NCBI GenBank assembly: GCA_964016885.1
Contig: OZ024742.1
Coordinates: 345,402,001-345,466,000 of the forward strand
Source of the DNA: Eledone cirrhosa
Lineage: Eukaryota
Direction: 5' to 3'
Length of the DNA: 64,000 nucleotides
Shown here: piece after piece, positions 27,872 to 42,238 of the stretch
How the letters are laid out: every line of letters starts with the position of its first letter
Numbering within the stretch: position 1 is the stretch's first letter
Program-made: the position numbers and the translations under genes
Notes under the pieces: model-generated
The model's input: only the letters and a program-made list of their open reading frames with translations
Database searches by the model: none
What the model was told of the DNA's origin: nothing

Positions 27872-29304
27872 TATTTTCACACTTATTGAAGCAGGACTTC
27901 TAAAAGCTAGAGTAGGTTACCGAAAAACTCTATACTTTTCGGAAATGTCCAGTATTTTATTGAAATGAAATATGGAATGAAATGAAATAAACAGCCAATG
28001 CCTGCGCAGGTTTAGCTGGTCTCCTACAAGGTTACATATCATCGGTTTCTTGAGTTGATCTTGGAGATTTATTGGGTGTTTCAAGAGCCCTTTTTCATCC
28101 TAAAAATCGACTTGAAATGAAGTATCTTGCTCAAGAACAAAATGCACCGCTCGACACAGGAATCGAACTCGCAACGCGTGCATTCACTCAGAAGGGAAAG
28201 CCCTTCTGCTGCCAAGGCACTTTTGACGGATATAACTTCTACCTCAGCTGCAATTAAATAAAAGACCGATGCAGTCAAACTATAATGTAATTCCTATATA
28301 TGGTATCATAGGGGAGACGTCGTGGCTTGCGGCGTGTCTTGTGCATTTTAAAAAACGCGGAGACCAACCCCTTTCTGTGTCTGAACACAACCGATTTCTT
28401 TCAGATAAATAGAAAGACTGAGTGGGAGAGAGAACAAGAAAATGGATAGAAAAAATTTACTCCAGTAGTTAACTGGTACTTATTTTATCAACCTCAAACG
28501 GGTGAAAGGTGAAGTTTACTTCGGTGGTATTTGAACGCAGAATACACAGAGTGTCGGAACAAATACCACAAAACATTCTATCCGATGTTCAAACGACTCT
28601 GCCTATTGGCAGTATCTATCTTCGACCAGAAAATATAAAACTAAAATTTATAGGATAATGTGATATCGCATATTGATTTTAGAAGTGTTTGTGCAATGAG
28701 GCTTGTACCTTGGTCTATCATGTAAGGTTAACCAACCGAATAACTGTGTGTTCGTTTCTTATAGCCATAGTAAATGAGTGAATACATTTGAAACTCTAGT
28801 TGTCCATCCACATTTATGTAAGCAAATACAGGGCGAAATAACTTCTTATAACTAGAAGCAGGAAGGCATTATTAATTTGTGAGTGTTTCAAAAAGCTTCA
28901 CCTTGTTCATGTGCTTTTATGAACAGAGTTTGGAAAATGGTGAAAACACAATACAACTACTACAGGCGTCACTCACAATCGTGGAAGACATGATAATATT
29001 TACCATGATTTCACTAAGAGATTTAGGCAACTATATAGTCGAGAGCAGGGACAGTCACGCTCCCGTACCTCCCTTCCTTGATCCAGTATAACTGCCATCA
29101 TATGACAGCTGAAGGGAGGGAGGGCTGTACCAATACTAGTATTTTATTATCAATCACAAAGGGATGAAAGACAAAGTGGACATCGCGAGGATTTGAACTC
29201 AGAGACGAGGAACACATATTTAACGCGCTAATGACTGTGTCATATCGTCTCCTTAGGATACATGATAGAGTATATTAATATAGTATTTAAAGGATATCTA
29301 TAAA

Positions 29305-29600
29305 TCTGGGCGTTCACCTACCAGCCCAGGCTCTGCTGCCCTCCAAGCTGAAGAGGGCGACTCTCCAAGCATCGGCCGCTCTCGGATAATTTTGTGGTAG
29401 AGCTTGTAGTAGTGGAGCATTCCGGTGTTCTTGGCCCCTGGGCCACATCCCTACTCATTGCTGTCGGGGTGAAGGTGGCCACCCGCAGGTGCGAGCCCCG
29501 CGAGTTGGAGTGGCTGTTTCAGCACATTGCCTCGCCGTCCTCCGAGGCAATGCATTCTCCATCCTGTCAACCGAGACCCAGAGGTGGAGGGCGAGTTAAT
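29305..29600 (+). mobile_element. CRE-clade (restriction-like endonuclease) non-LTR retrotransposon C-terminal fragment
   Basis: Across frameshifts: PGSAALQAEE...VEHSGVLGPWA...EPRELEWLFQHIA/LAVLRGNAFSIL. Confidence 0.65.
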
Positions 29601-30019
29601 AGTTGGTGTAGGATACTCGTTAGGACGTCACTTCTACAACTAAATTATATTTACAATTATACAACAAGGATATGTATTATACCTAGTAGAAATAGAAGAA
29701 AGTATAGAATTGATAGCGACGTTAGAACGTCGAGTAGAGTGCTTTCGAAGTCAGCTTTGCATATCATTCATTCTAGGTCGATAAATAAAGTACCACTCTA
29801 TCAAATAGGGACCGAGCAATCGATGGATGGAAAGAAGATGTGGAAGAAAGAAACAAACGAAGGAAGAGACGAACGAAAGAAGATGGTTTATAATACATGT
29901 GAAAATCTGACTGTAACTTATTCCATGCTTAGCCTCGATGGAAACTACATTCCACAGAGTAAACCCCTTAGTATAATTGCTTGTGATAGGTTTTCAAACC
30001 AGAACTGTGTTTTGAAGAT

Positions 30020-30435
30020 TTTTTATTTTATATCAACTATATTTTACAAACAAAAGCCATACAATAATGGAAATATTAAAAACAGATAAAAACAAAATAT
30101 GTAACTAAAAAAGAGGGAGATAGGAAGTAAAGGAAATGACTATAAATGTTATAAATGAGAAGAAAAGGATGGAAAGACCAATGACTATTAGGTCAGGGAA
30201 AAACAGAATTGGAAGGGGCGAGGTGACAGATTTAAACTTAGGTCAAGGGCAATGATTCGGCTGCACCCCGCGAAGAAAATTGCAAAAGTATTTCAACGAA
30301 TAATGGCCAGCGATACCCACTCCACGTGACTCTTTCCTCATACTATTTTAAGGAGGATCACGGTTGTACGTGGTCCGAGAACGACTGAGGTCTCGACGGC
30401 GGCCTGTATCAGTTATATCCCATCTCGTTCAGGGG
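30020..30435 (-). mobile_element. Decayed L1/Tx1-like 3' end, same 3' UTR family as 54360-54622
   Basis: Shared CTCATTTAT.ACATTTATAGTC.TTTCC and TGTAAAATATAGTTGA..AATAAAA. Confidence 0.55.
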
Positions 30436-30762
30436 AAAAACATTCCACTAAATCACGATGCAATCACCAACAATAGCAATATTCTAATTCTTTCGGAAAT
30501 TTCCCAAAAGATAAGTCAAACATTTCGAATTATTTTTATACAAAACATAGAAAATATACATCACGAGCTTGACTATTCAACTGTGACACACTCACTGTGA
30601 TTTCATATCTTAATGGCTTTTTCATAAAAAAACAAATTCAACAATGATCACTTAAATAGATTTCCTCTTATTTCAACATTCTTTATACGAGTTCATAGTA
30701 ATCTAAAATCGATATATATATTTATATATATACATAAAATCGATATATATATATATATATAT

Positions 30763-30786
30763 GTTAAAACAGTGCAGTACAAAGTG

Positions 30787-30826
<40 letters not shown>

Positions 30827-30850
30827 CACTTTGTACTGCACTGTTTTAAC
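30763..30850. repeat. 26-bp perfect inverted repeat around a (TA)n tract
   Basis: GTTAAAACAGTGCAGTACAAAGTGTT (AT)n AACACTTTGTACTGCACTGTTTTAAC. Confidence 0.92.
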
Positions 30851-31596
30851 TTATATATATATATATATATATATATGACCATCACTTTTATAAGTAATAA
30901 AAAGAATTCATTACATCTATGAACGAATCCATTTCTCTTCATATGAATGGGCTCATAATCCTTCATATACATCTGTTATCTCTCAAATAACAATTCTATT
31001 ATACCAAATAAAGCGCTAACGGTGAAGAATTTTTAGAAAAATATTTTTTATTAAAAAAGAAAACACAGCCGAAACCTGAATGGAGAAAGACGTATTATGT
31101 TTTCTGTGACAGAAATAGACCCAAATGCGTCAATCACACAAACCGTTTTAGATCTACTGTCATCTGTGATATATATATGTTGTTAAATCAATAATTTACT
31201 TTTACGATTTATTAAATCAATCTTGCTAAAAAAAGGACAAAAGTCAAAATAATTATCTTACTATAAAAAGTTATTTTTTTAATATATTTTGTCTGAATAT
31301 TATTGGTTATAATTATTTATTTCGGCTCTTCACATTCTGAGTTGAAATCCCACTGGGGTCAACTTTGCCTTTTATCCATCTATGACGAATAGAATGATGT
31401 ACCTGTCAAGTATTTGGCTCAATATAATCTACATTTCCTTCCCACAATTTCTGGCTTCGTGTCTAAATTAGAAATCATTATTCGTCATAGTTCTTACTTC
31501 CAGCACTTTATGTTCTGAGTTCAAATCTCACCGAGATTAATTTGCATTTTATCTATCTGATATAGTACCAGTTAAGTACTGAGATCGGTATATTTC

Positions 31597-31905
31597 TTTT
31601 TCGTCTTCTCCTTCATTTTCTTCTTCCCCACTAATTTTGGGGAGGGTGATGGGGGCAGAATACTCAAGTCAGCAGGTCCTATCAGAAGCAACCGTCTCCA
31701 ATTGATCCGGTTGGATTCCCAAACGAAACCAGCCGAGCTTATGAATGTTATCCAATTATTTTGCTCGAGGTCTACCCCTGGGTCTCTGGCCGGTTGGCCT
31801 TACTCCTAAAATCTCTCTAGCGATTCTTTCCTGGGACATTCTAACCCCCGTATCAGTAACATCGGAGCCGTGATCTCTCAATTTAGAGAAATAACAGCTC
31901 TACCT
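31597..31905 (-). mobile_element. RTE-clade LINE 3' end fragment
   Basis: Shares TCAGAAGCAACCGTCTC..GCTCGAGGTCTACCC with the 14.0 kb and 53.3 kb copies. Confidence 0.7.
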
Positions 31906-32259
31906 GGAACGACGCTCCGAACTCTGAACTACGCATTCTACCGAGTAAAGTTACTCCAAAGACCCTTCGACGGAATCCCATTTAGACGGTTTGTATTCGC
32001 CGAAATTGCTGGACATGTACCTAAATTAGAAACAAATTATATATGTTTCTCATATACTAAATGAATCTTACCAGAATAGGTGAAAATATACAAAAGCCAA
32101 ATAGATGTTTTTCAACATTTGTCTAAATATAAATCGTTATAGTGAAGGGTGGGAAGAATAGTTAGACATGAGCTTTGTGATATTTTCTCTGCCTCCTTAA
32201 ATTCTGAGTTTAAATATCGCCGAAATCGAGTATTGATTTTCTTTGCACATTAAAAGACT

Positions 32260-32747
32260 CTAGCAGAAAAAACCAGCCTTCGAGTGGTTTTCTGCTACCA
32301 TGTGTAGTGTGTATATTGATATCATACCCAAGTATATATGCATGTAGATATGATACATCAAATAAAATCGTAATTGACATTATACACAGAAATTGTACGA
32401 AGACTGCGTTACACTGTGTTATGTAATCAGTAACGTAATCCATGATACATTAAAAAAAGACGATATTATATATAAACTGCATTAGGAGAAAATTAGTGAC
32501 GGAAATATATGAATGTTTATTTAAGCGATCGCTAACCGGAAGTGTTGACATTTGAAAATTTAAAGAAGTGAATCTTAAAATAAACAACACAATTATTTAT
32601 ATTTAATCAAGAATAACGAAATTTAGTAGATACATTATGTAATATTCATTCATTATTTATTCAAAGTAATCCAACTTATTTTACAAACGGAATAAAAAAA
32701 TATATTCTGGATGCAGTCCCGCACTCCTTGCTTTATTATAGTTTAGA
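32260..32747 (-). mobile_element. Non-autonomous Helitron-like element, copy 1
   Basis: rc starts A|TCTAAACTATAATAAAG and ends with an imperfect hairpin then TTTTCTGCTAG; homologous to 40854-41317. Confidence 0.7.
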
Positions 32748-33343
32748 TTATACATAACAAAAAAAGTACATTACTATGAATCCCATATGTTATAAAATAA
32801 ATAGGATGGGTTGGGGGTCTTAATATGTAAACTAAACGACTAATTCTATTTGTTTTTTTAATCAGTGGAGACTACCAAGAAAGAAAACAAATATTTCACA
32901 CACGCACACCCCGTCTTTGTCTAACTCCCCTGCTTATTCCAACGTCCCTATTATTTGGGACCCGAGAGTAATATTTGTTCTAGTTAAATACTAGGTCTCA
33001 TTAATCAAACGTAACGGCTGGATCTCTAATATTTCACCGTGTACACATGATAGAATATATTGCAGTTAGTTTCGAGATCTCTTCAATCTGACTTCAAATC
33101 TCTAAAAAGCCGTCAAGTTCATACCTTTATTTTACAATAGTCAAATAATTGTTTCTACTTTTGGCACAAAGCCAGCAAATAACCCGGTGCATTACTGGTA
33201 CTTTATGTTATCGACCACGTAAGGATGAAAGGCAAAGTTAACCTCGGCAGGATCTGAACTCAGAATGGAAGGGGCGTAATTCAATGCGTCATGCTAATCC
33301 ACCTTTTCTTCTTTCACACACTTACCTTCTCACTCTTTCCCTC

Positions 33344-33406
<63 letters not shown>

Positions 33407-33439
33407 CCCTCCCTTTCTTTCTTGTCAAGAGGAGTACTG

Positions 33440-34122
<683 letters not shown>

Positions 34123-34150
34123 ATATATATTTTTATATATATATATATAT

Positions 34151-34782
34151 AATATGTTGAAAAAGTAACAGACTTTAGATATACAGTGCGCTATCATTAA
34201 AACAGGGAAAAACCACCAGTGTATGGAATCTATAACCTATGAAAGCAGACTATAGACACGATAATTAAAAATATAAATTTAAGCGTAAATAAATATCTCT
34301 ATAACTATAAAACACACGTACAAATCCAGAGAGATCTGTTTCGCCAGTAAGTTGTTGACAGAAATGGAATAACCTCGGTTCCTCAGCGTGTGTAAGGCTA
34401 TACATTTCAGACAACACCAAGTTTTGGCTGCCCTTTCTAGCAGCTTGTCCCTCAGAGGCCCTTAAACACGCTGTGACTTCTCTATCCCACGTGTAGCTGG
34501 ACAGTCACTTTTAAAATTCTTTTAGTGTTGTCTTACACATGCTGATGAACCAGGGTTATTTCATTTTTGTCAACAACTTACTGGCGAAACAGATCTCTCT
34601 GGATTTGTACGTGTGTTATATAGTTATAGAGGTATTTATTTACGCTTTAATTTATATTTTTAATTATCATGTCTATAGTCTGCTTTTCATAGGTTATAGA
34701 TTCCATACACTGGTGTTTTTTCCCTGTTTTATTGATAGCGCACTGTATATCTCTCTCTAGTGTGTTACCTTTTCAACATATT
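34151..34782. mobile_element. Fold-back PLE-terminus-like element: ~245-bp inverted arms with degenerate HHR cores
   Basis: Arms 34151-34396 and 34532-34782; CTGATGA A CCAG..CTGG C GAAAC AGATCT at 34542-34596, mirrored as CTGAGGA on the minus strand; stem I does not pair well. Confidence 0.75.
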
Positions 34783-34865
34783 GTATTTTAAAGAGCTCAG
34801 GATTTCTTCTCCTTTGAACACATTATTTACAAGTAATGGCGAGGATCTATGGTCCGCTAATTTAT

Positions 34866-34927
<62 letters not shown>

Positions 34928-35035
34928 AGATAAGCGGAGCAAGCAAGATTCAAACAATTTGTTTAAATAAATTAAAAAATATAATTTAAATATTCACCTA
35001 TTGATCTCGTTTCTATATATATATAGGAACAAGTA

Positions 35036-35133
35036 TGACCCCGACGGCAGAGCTCAAGCCGTTTCGACGGCTATTTCTGGACTAAATAAGAATTTTTAGC
35101 CTGGTAAATAAATAGCCGAACTTCTCAGGAGGT
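35036..35133 (-). ncRNA. Type I hammerhead ribozyme, family C, with one base missing from the core
   Basis: rc: ACCTC CUGA-GA .. CGGCUAUUU[loop]AAAUAGCCG UC GAAAC GGC UUGAGCUCU GCC GUC GGGGU; stems I, II and III all pair. Confidence 0.65.
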
Positions 35134-35608
35134 ATTTTCTTATAAGGGAAGATAGTAATTGTCAGGAGGATTGGTCAAAAATGTGTTGTAAAGACAGATG
35201 AATCTATCAAGTCATTTGGTAGGAGGTAGGGGTGGCTGAACTTGCCGGTAGAACAAAGAGGGAGTGGGGGAAAGCCAGTCAAGCGTTGAAAGTGAAATCT
35301 ATACACCAGATTCTAAGGATATTGTATAAAAGGTCGAAAAAGTGTACTGGAGAAGAGGAGGGGGAGTTGAAAGAATAGGTAAATCGAATGGGAGTAAAAA
35401 AAAAAAAATAAAAATAAAAAACATTATAAAAATGAGGAAATAAATATATAAAAAAACTATTTCTGGTTACTACTCCATTTCCACAATCACCAAATTTCTC
35501 ATTGGTATGGCTAAGCTACGGAAAAGTTTAATAAGTAGAGAATGGGAAAAATACTAAATACGAGATTGTAGTAAAGAATTTTATAAAGCCGGCTTTACAA
35601 GGGTCTAA

Positions 35609-35942
35609 TACCACTGCTATAGATAGTTAGTAATCAGCCAATGCTATCTTACAATGACGGGTTTATAAGTTGAGAAAAATACTAAAATACTACTACAAAA
35701 ATACTAATACAAAATATTAATACAAAAATACTAATACAAGAATACTAATACAAAAATACTAATACAAAAATACCACTAAGAAATTTAGAAACCACAGAAA
35801 TGGAGCAGCAACCAGAAAGAAAAAAAGGTTGGTCTTAATATTTTTTATTAGTATTTTTGTAGTAGTATTTCAATATTTTTCTCAACTTATTAACCAGTCA
35901 TTGTAAGATAGCATTGGCTGATTACTAACTATCTATAGCAGT

Positions 35943-35946
<4 letters not shown>
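35609..35946. repeat. ~100-bp inverted repeat ending at a (TA)n tract, with internal ATACTAATACAAAA tandem repeats
   Basis: TACCACTGCTATAGATAGTTAGTAATCAGCCAATGC... mirrored at 35846-35946. Confidence 0.85.
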
Positions 35947-35993
<47 letters not shown>

Positions 35994-36100
35994 TATTTTC
36001 CGTTGTGTTGTAATATAAATATTACACACAGTAGATTATCAGCTCACGTAGAGTTTGCTCGACGGTTCCAGTTGTAGTTCCAAAAGTAATCCGGAGAAAA

Positions 36101-36380
36101 ATAGAAAGATTTGAATGGATACAGTTTAGTTGAAAGGAATTTATTGACACGTGTTTCTATAACAGTTACATAACCTAAAACAGCTGCTATCTACAAACTT
36201 TTAGTTATGCAGACATTCAATATTTCTGATGAAATGACAGTAAATAATAACATTGAAATATTGAATGTCTGCATAACTAAAAGTTTGTAGATAGCAGCTG
36301 TTTTATGTTATGTAACTGTTATAGAAACACGTGTCAATAAATTCCTTTCAACTAAACTGTATCCATTCAAATCTTTCTAT
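36101..36380. mobile_element. Near-perfect 280-bp palindrome with an HHR core at its apex
   Basis: ~126-bp arms; centre CTGATGA AATG..CATT GAAA TATT G AATG TC (36226-36269); right end abuts (TA)n. Confidence 0.85.
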
Positions 36381-37389
36381 ATATATATATATATATATAG
36401 TATGAAAAAACTAAAAATCGATGATGCATCTGGACTCAGTTTATTGCGTGTTACAATTGTTTCGCCGGCAGGTAGCTCGAGACATGATCACTGTATGGAT
36501 CTGGCTGATTCTACGGCTGCAGGAACCTTCGGACACATGCAGTTCTTTCGGAGCAAATTTTCTCACTGGAGTGTTATCATCAAAAAATACCTTCAAAAAA
36601 CATCTTCCACTCTTGTCATGCCATTGGCAGTTGTATTTCTACGTCATCATACATTCTGGTCACTATTTACTGCTACACTGGTCATCAGCCATTTTCCGTC
36701 CGACACACTTCAATGGAGCCATGCTGGGTTTGGTATTTCACACGTCTGTTCACACTCCTGAGTATGTACCCACATACACACACACACACATACACACGCA
36801 CAGGCACACACACATGCATGCATACACATATATACGCACTCATGTGTAGACACATATACCCCCATGCACATACACACACACACACTCTCCCTCTCTTACA
36901 ATACCCAAGCACACCGACACCCATATACAGACCACAACATGCCTATTAGCGCCTGCCTAAACATCCCCTTACATCCGGTCTCATACGCACGCGCAGACAC
37001 ACACGTACACGCATACAAAGACACATATCGGCGTTCTGGCACATCTGCACATATATACACAAACACTCTCAGACACATACATAGATACACACACGCACAT
37101 ACATGCATATCCTTATAGATAGGCATCAAGGACAGACACACTTCCAAAGACATAAGCACACACACACACACATACACACACCTGTACATATATCTACACA
37201 CAAGTACATGTACCCGTATATGAACAAATAGACAAACCCTGTCTATGTGGGTGTATGTGCGCACCCACACACACACCCACTGACAGATACACACATTATG
37301 TATATATATGTGTGTGTACATAGACGCACACACATACACACACATGCAGACATATACACATACACACATACACACATACATATAAGTAT

Positions 37390-37459
<70 letters not shown>

Positions 37460-37609
37460 ATACACACATACACATACATACTTATCCACACATATGTCTA
37501 TATGTGTACACACGCACACACAAACATAGACATATACACACACATACGCACACACATATACCTACGCATATCCTTATATACATATATATATATATACATA
37601 TATATATAA

Positions 37610-37818
37610 CGAAGTAAATGTGGTAAGGAACCAGGTGGACCATAACGCACCAAAGTACTCAATACTTAGGGTAGTAGAGTGGGTAATAAGAACGAGTAGG
37701 ACCCCGACGGCTGAGCTCAAGCCGTTTCGACGGCTAATTCTGTACACATATACATTTTAGTCCAGAATTAGCCGTCGAATCGGCTTGATCTCAGCCGTCC
37801 GGGTCCTACTCGTTCCTA
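37610..37818. mobile_element. Family C PLE-terminus fold-back
   Basis: GTAAGGAACCAGGTGGACCATAACGCACC..GACCCCGACGGCTGAGCTCAAGCCGTTTCGACGGCTAATTCTG plus inverted copy; TA flanks. Confidence 0.8.
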
Positions 37819-37958
37819 TATATATATATATATATATATACATACATACACATACTTACAATATACACATACATACACATAAATACATACACACACACAC
37901 ATACACACATATATATAACTTTACATGCATACACATACCCACATATATATATACATAC

Positions 37959-37990
<32 letters not shown>

Positions 37991-39048
37991 ATAAATACGC
38001 ACACGGACACCCACATGCATACACATGCACATATGCATATGAGCTTACACACACATGCTTACACATATACATATATAAACAAAAACGTAAAATAAATATA
38101 CAATATACAATAAAAATACAATATACAATAAAATAACAATATAGTATACAATATAATATATACATATAGATAGATATATACACATATATATATAATAGAT
38201 ATATGATAAAATAATACCTAATAAAATGAATATATAATCCATCCGTACACATTCCTGTGAGATGTACACATATATATATATATATATTACATATATACAC
38301 ACACACACATGCATACATACGCACCCACATACACACACATACTCATACACAGCTATATATATATATATACATATATATATATACACCCACCCACATATGT
38401 ACACACATGTAAATGCATGCACACACATATATAAACTCACGCATATACGTATACATGCACACATACACCCCCCACCCACACATACGTATATATATATATA
38501 TCTACATACACACACACATACATATGCATAAGCACAGGTCTACACATATAAAAACAATAAGATAATAAAATAAAATAAATTTACAATATGTTAAAATACA
38601 TTAAAATCTGTATATAACTTCACAAAGAGATAAATAAAAAAAGGGGGAGTTAAAGGAGAAGGTACGTCTATTCATGTGATATACTACACACAGGTAGTAT
38701 GAGGTGCAAACTTAGGTCCGTGTATGGAACAAACAACAATAATAACAATAATAACAATAATAACAATAATAATAATTGTTCCAAAGTGGAACATGTGGAG
38801 AGTATATATTCACGATTGACGGGGTACACATTCATGGGCACTCTTGGCCCGGTCACCTTGGGCTATGTGACTGTGGTTGGGGTGTGCTGTTCTATATATT
38901 TGGGGTATTTGACTGAACTACCGTGGACTCCGTGTCAGTCGGTCCCGGCATAGGCGATGTACCTGCCCAATGTTGCGTGCGCGGTCCTGGTTTATTTAGG
39001 TTTGCCACACGGGGCGTATAATGTCATCAGAGTATGGTGTCAGGTCCC

Positions 39049-39950
39049 TTAATTCCGTTGGGCCGCTTGGGTCTGTGCGTTCTCCGTCTCATGGCCTTGG
39101 CCTGTGCTACCCGGAGGATTCCATGCTGCAAATGTGCATCTTCTCTGGTATCTGCAGGTCATGATAATTTCAGACTTCAGGTTGACCGCGCCATCTTTCA
39201 GTCTGACTATCTCCATGGCCTCGTGTAGGCATAATCGGCACTTTCTACTTCCAGCCGAGTATACGCTCGCATGACGAACGATACTCCATTCCAGGGAGTA
39301 CGGGGTGCCTTGGTCTTTCAGGTCCCACACCAGGTCTGCTAATCTAGTGGAGTGTCTTTTGCTACGGTCCCTGAAGGAATTCGTGTGATTATACATGCGC
39401 GATTTAAAGGACGTGGATGTTGCGCCGATGTAGGTGCGATGCGCATTTTGGATTCTAACCAAACACTTGTATATCAGGTCCTTCGTCAGGCATTTTCCAT
39501 GTAGGGGACACTGGGTGCCCGCTCTGCAGTTACAAGTTCTGTTGTCAGTTCTTTCGCAACTGATGTCTGGGCCTCGATCTGTTATGGCCCTCTCAGGATT
39601 CTCAGGGTGTTGTTCCGCCGACACGGTGGTCTCCCCTATGCCACTCGTTCCCTCCCGGCGTTGGATCATATCACCTTCCACGGGCGTTTCGGCTGCCTCG
39701 GGGGCCGGGTTGTCATTTGAGGGCCGGGCCCCGGGTGGTCCCCCGCGTTCCGATAGACGGTCAATCTGTCGCCGCAGTTGACGGCCAATGCTCGCCATCC
39801 TCACCGTGTTAGTTTTAGCTATGTAGTCGGCAATGTTAGGTGCTGTGGAGAAGGAAAACTTCACCGTGTGGCGTTTGAAGATTTTGTGGTACTGGTGCGT
39901 ACATGTTTGGAGTAAGGCGCATTAAACCAAGTAACGGCCTTAGATCTGTT
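39049..39950 (-). pseudogene. Penelope-like element linker + GIY-YIG endonuclease; element extends roughly 38560-40445
   Basis: VTWFNAPYSKHVRT / HKIFKRHTVKFSFSTAPN; CNCR..CPLHGKC; LIYKC..YIGATSTSFKSRMYNH; CRLCLHEA..NLKSE. Confidence 0.85.
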
Positions 39951-40447
39951 CCTTTGCGTGCGTGGAGTCTTTCTGGTGTGTCCTGGACCCGATGTCCGTC
40001 CCGTGCTTTGCAGAGCCACAATTACATCTCCTGTGTTGTCTCTATCTATGTGCCCGCTGGGGGTATCAGGGTTATGCCCTTCAGTTATTAAGGTATGTCG
40101 TTCTATGTTGTCAGCTATATACCTCTAGTCCCCTTAGGTCTATGTGATGCTGCTGTCGGTGCTGTACCACTACAACCAAGCCGGGTGTGCTCTCTGGAGG
40201 GTGCCACGGTCGTACGTGTCGTTGTCCTGTCCCTAGTCCCAGTTGCCGCGAAGCATGCAGTGTGCGTGCCGGGCCAATGTCTCCGCGTACTGGGTGGTCT
40301 AGCTCCTATGGGTGCCTTTGTCCTTCCTACGGTCGGTCCTGTGTCATTTTCGTTTTTATATACTATTCACACTCTGCTCTGTAAGAAGATTGAGTGGTAA
40401 TTGTGGCATACCGCCTATGGAAGCACCATAACTACCATTATACACAC

Positions 40448-40500
<53 letters not shown>

Positions 40501-40752
40501 GAGTTATTTGGTTTGTTGATTATTCAACAAAGTATATTTACAACAGATTAGAAGCACTCAACGGCATTTTATCCGGAGTATCATTAATATCAATAATATC
40601 ATTAATATCAATTAATAAATGAAAAATAACTTTATAAAACCATATTTATTTTATTATACGTATTTCAAGGGTCTAATATTTTAGTACGCTTCAATGAACT
40701 TATAACATGAAGTTCACATGAAGATATGTCACTATCTTTACACCAATTATTG

Positions 40753-40813
40753 TATTTTATCTGAAGAAAGCGTACTAAAATATTAGTACCCTTGAAATAC
40801 TTATAATAAAATA
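40753..40813 (+). ncRNA. Minimal type I hammerhead ribozyme, family A
   Basis: TATTTTAT CUGAAGA AAG..GUACUA AAAUAU UAGUAC..CUU GAAA UACUUAU A AUAAAAUA; lies within inverted repeat 40612-40849. Confidence 0.75.
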
Positions 40814-40853
40814 AATATGGTTTTATAAAGATATTTTCCATTTATTAATGTTA

Positions 40854-41317
40854 CTAGCAGAAAAACACCCGTCGGGTGGTTTTCAGCTAGCATGTGTAGT
40901 ATGTATATTGATATAAAAGGCAAGTATATATACATGTAGATGTGATACATCAAATAAAATCGTAATTGACAATATACACAGAAATTGAACGAAGACTACA
41001 TTACACTCTTTTATGTAATCAGTAATGTAATCCATGGTACATTAAAAAAAGATATATATAAACTGCATTAGGAGAAAATTAGTGATAGAAATATATGAAT
41101 ATTTATTTAAACGATCGCTAACCGCAAGTGTTGACATTTGAAAATTTTAAAGAAGTGAATCTTTAAATGACTATATTTAATGAATAGCCACGAAATTGAG
41201 TAGATAAATTATGTAATATTCATTCATTATTTATTCAAAGTAATCCAACTTATTTTACTATGGGGATAACAAATTATAAACCGTACGGAGTTCCGCGCTT
41301 CTTCCTTTATTATAGTT
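40854..41317 (-). mobile_element. Non-autonomous Helitron-like element, copy 2
   Basis: rc 3' end CACCCGACGGGTG hairpin + TTTTTCTGCTAG|T; homologous to 32260-32747. Confidence 0.75.
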
Positions 41318-41439
41318 CTTATATATTTTAAAGAATTAGCTTTTAATGAATTCCCTTTTCTATCAAACAATGACCTCTACCCATCCCACTCCCCACCTGA
41401 AAAGACCTATATATACCACTTTTATTGTTGGATACCGAA

Positions 41440-41539
<100 letters not shown>

Positions 41540-41625
41540 GTTTAACAAGGTTCAATGAATTAATCAATGCATAAAGTTTCACAATAGATTAGAAGCACTC
41601 TACAGTGGGTTTCTGGAGTTATTAA

Positions 41626-41952
41626 TATAACTTCAAAATATTAATAAATATAGACATTCATGTGATCAAATATATTTTATTATACATATTTCAGAGGTAC
41701 TGAGCTAGTTCAACAGTACGTCCTCATCAGATAAAATAAGTTGATGCCTGATATACCTTGACTATGTTGATGGTTATAATTCATGCCATGACTGAATTAT
41801 AACCATCAACATAGTCAAGGTATATATCAGGCATCAACTTATTTTATCTGATGAGGACGTACTGTTGAAATAGCTCAGTACCTCTGAAATATGTATAATA
41901 AGATATATTTGATCACGTGAATGTCTATATTTATTAATATTTTGAAGTTATA
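41626..41952. mobile_element. Family A fold-back with HHRs on both strands (41673-41738 minus; 41840-41905 plus)
   Basis: ~160-bp arms, 9-nt loop; TATTTTAT CUGAUGA GGA CGUACUG..CAGUAC CUCU GAAA UAUGUAU A AUAA(A/G)AUA. Confidence 0.85.
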
Positions 41953-41984
41953 TATAAGTATAAATACTTATATGCCTATATCAC

Positions 41985-42238
41985 CTTGACCGACCAGTCT
42001 GTCGGGCGTCCATTCGGCGCCGCTGGTCACAGCACGTCGTGCTTTTTTAGCCATATGATAACGCCATCTCACTGGCTGGGTGGGCAGGCCGGTCCATCTT
42101 CATCTCATTTCTACAGCTGAGCAAACTGGAGCAACGTGTCTTGCTCAAGGAAACAACACATCACCCGGTCTGAGAATTGAACTCACAACCTTTCGATTGC
42201 AAGCCCAATACTCTAACCACTAAGCCATGCGCCTTCAC
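41985..42238 (-). mobile_element. CORE-like tRNA SINE
   Basis: CTCATTTCTACAGCTGAG..CTGGAGCAACGTGTCTTGCTCAAGG..CTCTAACCACTAAGCCATGCGCC. Confidence 0.8.

Noticed and set aside
29394-30089. 231-aa ORF as a gene
   Set aside because: Chimera of a CRE fragment, a SINE remnant and an antisense LINE UTR
36450-36690. Minus-strand GAAACAATTGTA with a distant CTGATGA
   Set aside because: Would need a ~220-nt stem II loop and stem I pairs poorly; may be a decayed HHR but not counted
39020-39035. Minus-strand CTGATGA after the GIY-YIG stop
   Set aside because: No matching GAAA half found downstream
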